From Candidatus Electrothrix yaqonensis (GTDB lineage Bacteria; Desulfobacterota; Desulfobulbia; Desulfobulbales; Desulfobulbaceae): a DNA stretch of 32,000 nt. How positions within the stretch are numbered: the first letter of the stretch is position 1; every line of letters starts with the position of its first letter. The translations under genes were made by a program, and so were the position numbers. Shown piece after piece: positions 16,289-24,386 of this stretch. Under the pieces are notes generated by a model. The model did no database searches, was not told the DNA's origin, and worked only from the letters and a program-made list of their open reading frames with translations. The stretch spans positions 3,240,001 to 3,272,000 of the forward strand of contig CP178758.1 in assembly GCA_047651235.1 (NCBI GenBank), given 5' to 3'.

Positions 16289-18868
16289 ATGCAGAAAATA
16301 CCTCTTGATTCCATCCTCCCCCTTGTTGAAAAACCAGGACGCTACATCGGCGGCGAACTCAATTCCGTCCGCCCTGACTACAGCAGGGGTAACCTTTCTT
16401 TTGCCTTGGTCTTTCCGGATCTCTACGAGATTGGCATGTCCCACCAGGGCCTGCAGATCCTCTATCATATTCTCAACCGGCAGCCCGGTCTGGCAGCAGA
16501 GCGCTGTTTCACCCCGGACACGGACATGGAAGAGCAGCTGCGCCGGCATGGCCTGCCCCTGTTTTCTCTGGAATCCCGCAGGCCGCTGGCCGAATTTGAT
16601 GCGATAGGCTTCACGCTCCCTTATGAGCTGTGCTATACGAATATCCTGACCGTGCTTGATCTTGCCGGAATTCCCCTGCGCGCGGCGGAACGCGGCGAGG
16701 ATTTCCCGTTGATCATCGGCGGCGGGGCCTGTGCCCTGAACCCGGAGCCGGTGGCGGACTTTTTCGATCTGATTGTCCTGGGAGACGGGGAAGAGGTGAT
16801 TCTTGAGCTTGCTGCTGTCCTGCGTTCAGTTAAGGAAGCGGGCATCTCCCGCGCCGAGGCTCTGCAGCGCTTTGCCGAAATACCGGGCGTGTATGTGCCC
16901 TCCCTGTTTGAGGTGCAGTATGACGAAGATAACGGGCAGCGACTGACCGCAGTTAGGCCGCTGAAAGACGGGTATCCGGCAGTGAGCCGCCGTATTGTGC
17001 CGGAGCTGCCGCCGGTGGAGCTACTCATCCGGCCGCTGGTGCCCTTTGTCAAGCCGGTGCATGACCGCCTGGGGGTGGAAATTGCCCGGGGCTGTACCCG
17101 GAGCTGCCGCTTCTGTCAGGCCGGGATGATCTACCGGCCGGTCCGGGAGCGCAGTGTTGAGCAGATTATGGAGCTTGCCGAGCAGGGTGTGCAGCATTCC
17201 GGTTTTGAGGAACTGGCCATGCTTTCCCTGTCCACCGGTGATTATTCCTGCCTGCCGGAACTGCTCACCGGCCTGATGGACCGTTTTGCCGACGATCATG
17301 TTTCCGTGGGGCTGCCGTCCATGCGGGTCGGCACCCTGACCCCGGAGGTGATTGAGCAGGTGAAACGGGTGCGTAAGAGCGGCTTCACGGTGGCGCCGGA
17401 GGCCGGAACCGACCGGCTACGCGAGGTGATCAATAAGGGCATTACGGAAGAGGATCTGCTGACCGGTTGCCGGGATGCCTTTGCTGCGGGCTGGAATGTC
17501 CTCAAGCTGTATTTTATGATCGGGCTGCCCACGGAAACAAGCGAGGATATTGACGGAATTATTGACCTGGCTATCCGGACCGGTAAGGAGGGCAGGGGAG
17601 GCAGGGCGCAGATCAATGTGTCCGTGTCCACCTTTGTGCCCAAGCCCCACACGCCGTTTCAGTGGCACGGCCAGCTGTCCATTGCAGAGACCACAGAGCG
17701 GCTCAATTATCTGAAGCGGAAACTGCCGCGCCGGGGATTCCGTCTGAAATGGCATGAACCGTATCAGTCCTTTCTGGAAGGCGTTTTTTCACGCGGCGAC
17801 CGCAGGCTCAGTGCTCTGATTGAAGCGGCTTGGCAGGACGGGGCCCGTCTGGACGGCTGGTCAGATCATTTTCGCCTGGAGCGCTGGCTGACTGCCGCAG
17901 AGCAGCTCGGATTGGACCTGGACAGTTATCTGCGGACCAGAGAGCAGGACGAGGTACTGCCTTGGGATCATCTCCATACCGGAGTGGACCGACGCTTTCT
18001 CCGCCAGGAATACGAAAAGGCCCTGACGCGCGCCTACACCCCGGACTGCCGTGAGCACGGCTGTCAGCAATGCGGGGTCTGCGACTTTAAAACAGTCCGG
18101 CCTGTGGTGCAGAAGAAAAAGGACAGGGCAGGGCAGGAGCCTCCGGCAACAACGGGCAGTAGAGCGGCAACAGGAACGCCGGGCCGTTCAAAGGGTGGGC
18201 AGCAGACCGTGTTCCGCTACCGGGTGCGTTATTCCCGGCTGGAGGACGGCCGATTCCTCGGGCATCTGGAGATGCTCCAGCTCATTTTCCGCAGCCTTCG
18301 GCGGGCTGGACTGCCAGTCCTGTTTTCCCAAGGGTATAACCCGTCGCCCAAGGTATCATTCAGCCCGGCTCTGCCTGTGGGCATGGAAAGCGAGATGGAG
18401 TATTTTGATCTGGACCTGTCCCGGCCGCTCAACCGCCCGACGGAAACTGCTGCTCAACTGAACAGCCATCTGCCTGCCTTTCTCACGGTGCAGGAAATTC
18501 TTCCGGTGCGTAAACAGACGCCCCGAACCGAAATCATCCGTTACACCTGCATCCTGCCGGAATCTGCTGATCTGGACCGGGCTGCCGTCGGAATTCAGAC
18601 TTTTCTTGCTGCAGAGCAGTTTATGATTGAGCGGCAGCGAAAAAAGAAAACCCAGGAGCTTGATCTGAAAAAACTGATCAGCAGGCTGGCACCGGCAGGG
18701 GAGGAGAGCAGAGAGCTGGCTGTCGAACTTGTTCATCCCCACGGTGCTGCCGGGACCAATCCCCGCGAGGTGCTGGAAAAGGTGCTCGGCCTGAGCCGGG
18801 AACAGGCCCTGCTGACCCGGCTTGTCAAACGCAGTGCACGGCAGCCGGAGCCGCAGGAAGGTCGGTAA
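16289..18868 (+). CDS. B12-binding-domain radical SAM protein (TIGR03960-like) fused to a DUF2344/TIGR03936-like C-terminal domain
   Basis: The 859-aa ORF has an N-terminal VEKPGRYIGGELN motif and a CTRSCRFCQAG CX3CX2C cluster. A low-complexity linker follows, then a C-terminal FRYRVRYSRLEDGRFLGHLE... domain. Confidence 0.85.
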   Translation: MQKIPLDSILPLVEKPGRYIGGELNSVRPDYSRGNLSFALVFPDLYEIGMSHQGLQILYHILNRQPGLAAERCFTPDTDMEEQLRRHGLPLFSLESRRPLAEFDAIGFTLPYELCYTNILTVLDLAGIPLRAAERGEDFPLIIGGGACALNPEPVADFFDLIVLGDGEEVILELAAVLRSVKEAGISRAEALQRFAEIPGVYVPSLFEVQYDEDNGQRLTAVRPLKDGYPAVSRRIVPELPPVELLIRPLVPFVKPVHDRLGVEIARGCTRSCRFCQAGMIYRPVRERSVEQIMELAEQGVQHSGFEELAMLSLSTGDYSCLPELLTGLMDRFADDHVSVGLPSMRVGTLTPEVIEQVKRVRKSGFTVAPEAGTDRLREVINKGITEEDLLTGCRDAFAAGWNVLKLYFMIGLPTETSEDIDGIIDLAIRTGKEGRGGRAQINVSVSTFVPKPHTPFQWHGQLSIAETTERLNYLKRKLPRRGFRLKWHEPYQSFLEGVFSRGDRRLSALIEAAWQDGARLDGWSDHFRLERWLTAAEQLGLDLDSYLRTREQDEVLPWDHLHTGVDRRFLRQEYEKALTRAYTPDCREHGCQQCGVCDFKTVRPVVQKKKDRAGQEPPATTGSRAATGTPGRSKGGQQTVFRYRVRYSRLEDGRFLGHLEMLQLIFRSLRRAGLPVLFSQGYNPSPKVSFSPALPVGMESEMEYFDLDLSRPLNRPTETAAQLNSHLPAFLTVQEILPVRKQTPRTEIIRYTCILPESADLDRAAVGIQTFLAAEQFMIERQRKKKTQELDLKKLISRLAPAGEESRELAVELVHPHGAAGTNPREVLEKVLGLSREQALLTRLVKRSARQPEPQEGR

Positions 18869-19243
18869 ATGCAGTCGGTCAACATAATCGCAGAGAAAAT
18901 AGAAAACATGAGCGAAGAAAAAAAGAAAAAAAAGCAGGTTGTCCTGAACGGAAAGCAGAAAAAATTTCTGCGCGGCCTGGGACACCATCTGGAGCCGGTG
19001 GTTTATGTAGGCAAAGAAGGCATTTCCGAAAATGTGGAGCGCTCGGTTGCTGATGCCCTGAAGGCACGGGAGCTGATCAAGGTCAAGTTGGGGCAGAACT
19101 GTGAGGTACCGAAGAAAGAGGCGGCCGGGCAGCTTGCCGAGGTCTCCGGGGCTGCGCTGGTTCAGCTCATCGGCAAGATGGTTCTGCTCTATCTGCCCAA
19201 TAAAAAGCTGAAGCCGGATCAGCGCCTTACCCTGCCCAAATAA
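18869..19243 (+). CDS. yhbY: YhbY/CRS1-type RNA-binding protein (ribosome assembly)
   Basis: Motifs are LNGKQKKFLRGLGHHLEPVVYVGKEGIS...ELIKVKL. The ATG directly follows the upstream stop (taaATG), with AGGAAGG 7 nt upstream. An alternative start lies at 18908. Confidence 0.8.
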   Translation: MQSVNIIAEKIENMSEEKKKKKQVVLNGKQKKFLRGLGHHLEPVVYVGKEGISENVERSVADALKARELIKVKLGQNCEVPKKEAAGQLAEVSGAALVQLIGKMVLLYLPNKKLKPDQRLTLPK

Positions 19244-19269
19244 TCCCGACCGGAGACCGGGCTGTTATC

Positions 19270-19710
19270 ATGACTGATCAGAATCACTTTCGTATCACCG
19301 CTGCCGTGGTCCTTCCGGCTGCCGAGCTGTCGTTCAGTTATTCGCGCAGCAGCGGTAAAGGCGGGCAGCATGTGAACAAGGTCAATACCAAGGTATCCCT
19401 GCACTTTGACTTGGCCGCTTCGCAGAGCCTGACTGATGAGCAGAAAACGCTGATCCAGCAGCGGCTTGCCGGACGGATAAACAATCAGGGCGTACTTCGG
19501 CTGGACAACGACCGGCAGCGCAGCCAAAGGGGCAATCAGGAGGAGGTGATCCGGCGGTTCATCAGCCTGCTGCAGGCCGCCCTGCACGTCCGCAAAAGTA
19601 GGCGCCGAACCCGGCCTTCGCGGAAAGCCCGGCAGCGCCGACTGCAGACGAAAAAGCAGCGCAGTCAGCTCAAGCGGCAGCGGACGCAGCGGGATTTTGA
19701 GAAGGAGTGA
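19270..19710 (+). CDS. arfB: Alternative ribosome-rescue factor ArfB (peptidyl-tRNA hydrolase, GGQ domain plus basic C-terminal tail)
   Basis: The 146-aa ORF has a GKGGQHVNKVNTKV GGQ motif and an Arg/Lys-rich tail (RKSRRRTRPSRKARQRRLQTKKQR). Confidence 0.88.
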   Translation: MTDQNHFRITAAVVLPAAELSFSYSRSSGKGGQHVNKVNTKVSLHFDLAASQSLTDEQKTLIQQRLAGRINNQGVLRLDNDRQRSQRGNQEEVIRRFISLLQAALHVRKSRRRTRPSRKARQRRLQTKKQRSQLKRQRTQRDFEKE

Positions 19711-19716
19711 GGCTGC
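19686..19716 (+). repeat. Direct repeat, left copy (covers the last 7 codons and stop of arfB)
   Basis: gcagcgggattttgagaaggagtgaggctgc matches 21144-21174 at 29 of 31 positions. Confidence 0.85.
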
Positions 19717-19743
19717 GGGATAAGAAGCTTATAAAAGAACAGC

Positions 19744-19953
19744 TCATTCTTTCTTGAAGATTTTATTTATGCTTTCTTGGTAATCACTTTTTTTCATTTG
19801 ATTTATTTCCCCAAAACGATTAAGAGTAAACTTAAATTCATTTGGTGCTATCTGATTTGTGTCATCTATGTAAATCCTTGATATACCTTTTGAATTATCC
19901 TTTCCCAAAAATAGAGTTGTATTTTCTGAACGTCCAAATAATATTTTCTGCAT
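19744..19953 (-). CDS. Hypothetical small protein (69 aa), last gene of the islet
   Basis: The ORF starts 12 nt downstream of the preceding ORF's stop codon on the same strand. Its AT-rich codon usage is consistent with the islet. No motif was recognised. Confidence 0.45.
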   Translation of the reverse strand: MQKILFGRSENTTLFLGKDNSKGISRIYIDDTNQIAPNEFKFTLNRFGEINQMKKSDYQESINKIFKKE

Positions 19954-19964
19954 AGCATCCCCTT

Positions 19965-20390
19965 TTAAGTTAATTGCTTGGAATCTTTCATTTCTACAAG
20001 GACATTATCCAAAACAGAGATCATCTTTTCTTCAATATACCGTTCCATGCCAAGCACAACAACTTTGCGGTTTTTAACGATATGGCTAAGTGAACGTTCA
20101 AGACGAATATATTCAGCAAGAGAATCTGCAAAAGTACAAGCTAATTGAACATCGTCTTCATTAAATACATTTTCTTTTTTACTTCCAATACACAATAAAG
20201 CATAAGGTATGCCATGCAGTATCACAGGAGCTACGAGGCCTGACTTATAGTGTTTAGTGAATTCTTGTTGAATTTTAGTAAATCTATCTACAAATACTAC
20301 TCTTTTAGTGAAGAAACATTTCCAAAATAATGTTTGTCGAAGTTTTTGCATTTGTATTTTCATCAAAATCAAGATTATCGACAATATCAT
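19965..20390 (-). CDS. C-terminal half of a GAF-like domain protein (probably the downstream part of a frameshifted gene)
   Basis: SGLVAPVILHGIPYALLCIGSKKENVFNEDDVQLACTFADSLAEYI resembles the C-terminal half of GAF domains. The first ~25 codons overlap the upstream ORF in another frame and look non-native. Confidence 0.5.
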   Translation of the reverse strand: MILSIILILMKIQMQKLRQTLFWKCFFTKRVVFVDRFTKIQQEFTKHYKSGLVAPVILHGIPYALLCIGSKKENVFNEDDVQLACTFADSLAEYIRLERSLSHIVKNRKVVVLGMERYIEEKMISVLDNVLVEMKDSKQLT

Positions 20391-20970
20391 CAGGTCTCAA
20401 AGGATCACTCGAAGGGTCACGGAACAATTCCAACTCTTTCAATTTAAAAGGAATTTCCTTGTAAGACTCTTTGTTTGAAACATCTAACCTTTCAGAATCC
20501 TTGTAACATACTCCTTTAATTGATACCCTGAGTCCTCCGTTTGCCAACAAGGAGTGGCGGTGTCTCATGGCTTCTCTATAACCACTAATCAAATTTACAA
20601 TATATTTTCTTAAAAGGTTTAGCATATCCTCCATTCGCAAACTATTGCTGTTATCTTCACCTAACTCTTCGTCTTCAACCATTTTGTCGATGAATCTCTT
20701 GTACATATGCCAAGAGTTATGAGTCTTGTAAAATATCTTATGATAACTGTCAACCACATAATAAAGTTCGCGAGCCTTCCGAGTACGATTGATCAACATT
20801 AAAAACAACGTAATAGTTAACATAACCATTACTACGGAAAGAGAAGCAAAATACCACTTGCCTACATCTTGAATAGCCATTGCAACAGTTATAACAGAAG
20901 CAACCAACCCAAAACTTATTGAAGCTGCTTGGCTAAATTCTATCAGTAATTCTTTTGTTCGCTCGATCAT
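20305..20970 (-). CDS. 2-TM membrane protein with the N-terminal half of a GAF-like cytoplasmic domain
   Basis: The 221-aa ORF has two hydrophobic helices (AASISFGLVASVITVAMAI and WYFASLSVVMVMLTITLFLMLI) followed by a soluble region. It overlaps the next ORF by 86 nt. Confidence 0.55.
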   Translation of the reverse strand: MIERTKELLIEFSQAASISFGLVASVITVAMAIQDVGKWYFASLSVVMVMLTITLFLMLINRTRKARELYYVVDSYHKIFYKTHNSWHMYKRFIDKMVEDEELGEDNSNSLRMEDMLNLLRKYIVNLISGYREAMRHRHSLLANGGLRVSIKGVCYKDSERLDVSNKESYKEIPFKLKELELFRDPSSDPLRPDDIVDNLDFDENTNAKTSTNIILEMFLH

Positions 20971-21108
20971 ATTAACAGGAAGGCATACTTATATTTTAAA
21001 GAAAAAACTTCTAAATGAAAAGAAAAAAAACAAAAATCATACAGAGGTAATATATTGAAATAAAACCTAAAAACAAAGCCGAACACGGATCAACGATATT
21101 AAATATAA

Positions 21109-21137
21109 ATTATAGTGCATTTTCTTGAAAAAGACAA
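21109..21137 (-). promoter_or_regulatory. Near-consensus sigma-70 promoter driving the islet genes (TTGTCT-17 nt-TATAAT)
   Basis: On the minus strand the sequence reads TTGTCT (21137-21132), a 17-nt spacer, then TATAAT (21114-21109). It lies about 140 nt upstream of the ATG at 20970 and abuts the right direct repeat. Confidence 0.55.
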
Positions 21138-21143
21138 GTTTTG

Positions 21144-21174
21144 GCAGCGGAATTTTGAGAGGGAGTGAGGCTGC
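21144..21174 (+). repeat. Direct repeat, right copy (pseudo-3' end of arfB)
   Basis: gcagcggaattttgagagggagtgaggctgc. In the arfB frame it would read QRNFERE-stop, versus QRDFEKE-stop in the left copy. Confidence 0.85.
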
Positions 21175-21539
21175 TCAATATTCAGCAGGCTGCCGCTCAA
21201 CCTCGCTTATCAGATTGACCACTAGTGCTTTGTAAAACCTAAAATTTAGGGTTGAACATATCGCACTCGTTTAATATTCGTATCTTATTTGGAGATAGCA
21301 ATCCTAAAATTTAGCTATGACTGAGCAATAGGCGGATAAGCAGATCCTTTTGCTCCGGCGAGCTGGAGGCAATGAGCAGAGTCAGGACCAGGGAAATTCA
21401 AGCCAGCTCCTGACCGGAAAGTCAAGATACTTGCACGAAACCGGGCAGGAAGGTATATTCAGCATTCATTCAGAATTCTGTCGGTTGAGATACCGCCTCT
21501 CTGGAACCAACAAACGAACCTACTGCCGGGAAAAGCATA

Positions 21540-23141
21540 ATGACCATTGAGTTTTACGACACCACCCTCCGGGACGGCACCCAGGCCGAGAACTTCAATC
21601 TTTCGGTTGACGATAAGATCAAAATTAGCCATCAGCTGGACAAGTTGGGGATTGATTTTATCGAAGGCGGCTGGCCTGGTTCCAATCCCCTGGCAGTGGA
21701 GTATTTTGAAAAGATGAAGGGCGTGGAACTCAAACATGCCCGACTCACCGCCTTCGGCGCGACCCGGCATTTTCAGAATCCGCCGGATAAAGATCCGAAT
21801 CTCCAGGCCCTGCTGGCTGCCGAGACTCCGGGAATCACCATTTTCGGCAAGAGCTGGGATATCCATGTCCACGATGCCCTGCGCATCGAGCTGGAGGACA
21901 ATCTGCAGATCATCGAGGATTCCCTAGCCTATCTGCGTCCCCATGTCCAACATCTGATCTATGATGCCGAGCATTTTTTTGACGGCTTCAAGAATAACCG
22001 GGAATACTGTCTGGCGACCCTGGAACGGGCCGTCCGGGGCGGAGCGGAAACCTTGGCCCTGTGCGATACCAACGGCGGCACCCTGCCGCATGAAATTCCG
22101 CCGATCATCGAACGGGTTAAACAGTTTCTGGAGGAACTGGGCAGCACAGCTAGGATTGGTATCCATCCTCATAACGATTCCGAGACCGGGGTGGCCAATG
22201 CCCTGCTGGGGGTTTCTCTGGGAGCGGGTCAGGTCCAGGGCACCATCAACGGCTACGGCGAACGCTGCGGCAATGCCAACCTGACCTCGATCATCCCGGC
22301 GGTGATCTGCAAGATGGGCCTGGAGGCTGAGGTGGGCAAGCATATCGACAAGCTCTATACCACCTCCCGGCTGATCAATGAACTGGCCAACCTGCCCCAC
22401 AACCGGTATCAGCCCTATGTGGGCGAGTCCGCCTTTGCCCATAAGGGCGGCATCCATGTCAGTGCAGTGCAGCGCAATCCCCTGACCTATGAACATATTG
22501 AGCCGGAGAAAGTGGGCAATGTCCGCCGCATCCTGATCTCCGACCAGGCCGGCAAGTCCAATGTCATGCACAAGGCGGTCAAGTACGGCCTGAATCTGAA
22601 GGCCGATGATCCGGCCATGTCCCAGATCGTCCGTGACCTCAAGGAGCTGGAAAACCAGGGGTTTCAGTATGAGGGGGCAGAGGCCAGCTTTGAGCTGCTC
22701 ATGCGCCGGGCAATGGGGATCAAACCCCGTTTTTTCATTCTGGAAAGTTTCCGGGTCATGAATAATAAATACCGGATGGATTCCGCTTCGCTCACAGAGG
22801 CCACCATCCGCCTGACCGTGGACGGCGAAGAGGCCCATACCGCTTCGCTGGGCAACGGCCCGGTCAATGCCTTGGACAAAGCCATGCGTAAGGCCCTGCT
22901 CCGGTTTTATCCCCGCCTGGAGGAAATGGAACTGGTGGACTACAAGGTGCGGGTGCTGTCCGGCGAACACGGCACCGGGGCCAAGGTCCGGGTTCTGGTG
23001 GAGAGCCGGGATGCGGACAGCCACTGGAGCACGGTCGGCGTTTCCCTGAATATCATCGAGGCCAGCTGGCAGGCCCTTGAGGATGCCGTCAACTACAAGC
23101 TAATGAAGGATGCGCGGAGGGAGAGAGGTGCATCCGCATGA
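21540..23141 (+). CDS. cimA: Citramalate synthase (LeuA-related, isoleucine pathway)
   Basis: The 533-aa ORF has FYDTTLRDGTQAENF, HPHNDSETGVAN and a C-terminal LeuA-dimerisation-type domain. Length and N-terminus fit the CimA/TIGR00977 type rather than LeuA. Confidence 0.85.
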   Translation: MTIEFYDTTLRDGTQAENFNLSVDDKIKISHQLDKLGIDFIEGGWPGSNPLAVEYFEKMKGVELKHARLTAFGATRHFQNPPDKDPNLQALLAAETPGITIFGKSWDIHVHDALRIELEDNLQIIEDSLAYLRPHVQHLIYDAEHFFDGFKNNREYCLATLERAVRGGAETLALCDTNGGTLPHEIPPIIERVKQFLEELGSTARIGIHPHNDSETGVANALLGVSLGAGQVQGTINGYGERCGNANLTSIIPAVICKMGLEAEVGKHIDKLYTTSRLINELANLPHNRYQPYVGESAFAHKGGIHVSAVQRNPLTYEHIEPEKVGNVRRILISDQAGKSNVMHKAVKYGLNLKADDPAMSQIVRDLKELENQGFQYEGAEASFELLMRRAMGIKPRFFILESFRVMNNKYRMDSASLTEATIRLTVDGEEAHTASLGNGPVNALDKAMRKALLRFYPRLEEMELVDYKVRVLSGEHGTGAKVRVLVESRDADSHWSTVGVSLNIIEASWQALEDAVNYKLMKDARRERGASA

Positions 23142-23698
23142 AAAACATATTTTTCTCGTGTATTCTGCTGATCTGTTCCTTTTTTATTATTTCCTGCAAT
23201 CGGGAAGGACAGAAAGAAAAGACAGCCGGTTCGAAGACGGGACAAAACGAAACAACGGCAGTTGCAGTAGCAGCTGTCGGCCACTCGGCACCGGACTTCA
23301 CCCTGAAAGATGTTCTGGGCAGAACGTGGACGTTGTCGGAACTGAAAGGGCAGGTGGTCTTTGTCAACTTTTGGGCAACATGGTGCCCGCCCTGTATCAG
23401 TGAAATGCCTTCGATGCAGAATCTGTACGAGACGCTGCCGAACGACCAGTTCAAGATGCTGGCCGTCCTCAACCGGGATAAGCCTGCAAATGCAGACAAG
23501 TTTATTGAAGATTTCGGCATTTTCATCCCCATCCTGTATGATCAGGATAACACGGTCGGGGCAAAATACGGTCTCACCGGAGTGCCTGAAACCTTTATCG
23601 TGGACAAGCAGGGTATTATCCGGGAGAAGATTATCGGCCCGGCAGAGTGGGATTCCCCGGGTGCAATGCAGATGCTGCGGCAGTATCTCAATCAATAG
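23138..23698 (+). CDS. TlpA/ResA-like thioredoxin-fold thiol:disulfide oxidoreductase lipoprotein
   Basis: The signal peptide has a lipobox-like IISC. The WATWCPPC active site is present. The start overlaps the cimA stop (ATGA). Confidence 0.85.
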   Translation: MKNIFFSCILLICSFFIISCNREGQKEKTAGSKTGQNETTAVAVAAVGHSAPDFTLKDVLGRTWTLSELKGQVVFVNFWATWCPPCISEMPSMQNLYETLPNDQFKMLAVLNRDKPANADKFIEDFGIFIPILYDQDNTVGAKYGLTGVPETFIVDKQGIIREKIIGPAEWDSPGAMQMLRQYLNQ

Positions 23699-23715
23699 CA
23701 GACGGGCAGTTTCCG

Positions 23716-24186
23716 GTGCGGCAGGAATCATCACACCGCGACCTTCGCCTTCCTGTCCTCCTTTTTCTCGGCGTAATCATTCTCGCTGCAGGTCAGTACA
23801 CGTCGGAGCCGGACAGTCGGGCGGGTGCATATTATCTTGCCCTTTCTGCCGGGCAAAACAAGGACAGACCGGAGCTCGTTCGGATCAGCGGAACAGAGCC
23901 GAAGCACCTCGCCGGTTTCCGGAAAATAACGCCTGATCTTCCCTGTGCGGCAACCCCGCCGGAACTTGCCCTGCTGTTCAATCTGCCCCTGCCCATCAAT
24001 CGGGCTGACCAAGATACCCTGACCATGCTGCCGGGAATCGGCCCCAAGCTGGCAGAGAGAATCGTTGCTTTTCGGAAAAAACAGGGCGACATCACCGGGC
24101 CGGAAAATTTCATCCGGATCAGGGGCATCGGCCCGAAACGGACCGCACGTCTGACTCCGCTGCTCTGCTTTGCCGGAACAATGTGA
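23716..24186 (+). CDS. ComEA-like helix-hairpin-helix DNA-binding protein with N-terminal membrane anchor
   Basis: The C-terminus has INRADQDTLTMLPGIGPKLAERIVAFRKKQG...IRGIGPKRTARL (two HhH motifs). The TM segment is LRLPVLLFLGVIILAAG. The start is ambiguous: GTG 23716 avoids overlap, while the track start GTG 23647 overlaps the upstream gene by 52 nt. Confidence 0.75.
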   Translation: MRQESSHRDLRLPVLLFLGVIILAAGQYTSEPDSRAGAYYLALSAGQNKDRPELVRISGTEPKHLAGFRKITPDLPCAATPPELALLFNLPLPINRADQDTLTMLPGIGPKLAERIVAFRKKQGDITGPENFIRIRGIGPKRTARLTPLLCFAGTM

Positions 24187-24386
24187 GCACAAAAAAGCGC
24201 GTACAACTCCTGCAGTGCGCCGGGAGATTCAGCTTCCGACCATAGCCGCTATATTAACAGAATCTGATCAACTGCGTAACACCTAACTTCTTTGCAATTT
24301 TTTCGGAACGCTGTATGCTGTTTTTCATGTTTTCTTTCTTTTTTTATTCTCCAGTTTTTTCCGCAATACAGAAATAATCAAAAATA

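Larger units (their letters stand above)
19717..21143. mobile_element. AT-rich inserted islet (about 1.43 kb) bounded by 31-nt direct repeats; no recombinase gene inside
   Basis: Hand counts of sample 60-nt lines give about 35-38% GC inside the islet and about 68% in arfB. All internal ORFs are on the minus strand behind an internal near-consensus promoter. Confidence 0.55.

Noticed and set aside
21924-23024. 366-aa minus-strand ORF
   Set aside because: It is antisense to cimA, has low-complexity G/Q/H/P-rich composition and contains no recognisable domain.
23093-23734. 213-aa minus-strand ORF and 191-aa plus-strand ORF (23361..23936)
   Set aside because: They overlap the TlpA-like (CXXC motif) and ComEA-like genes in other frames. 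They are Arg/Ser/Cys-rich with no motifs.
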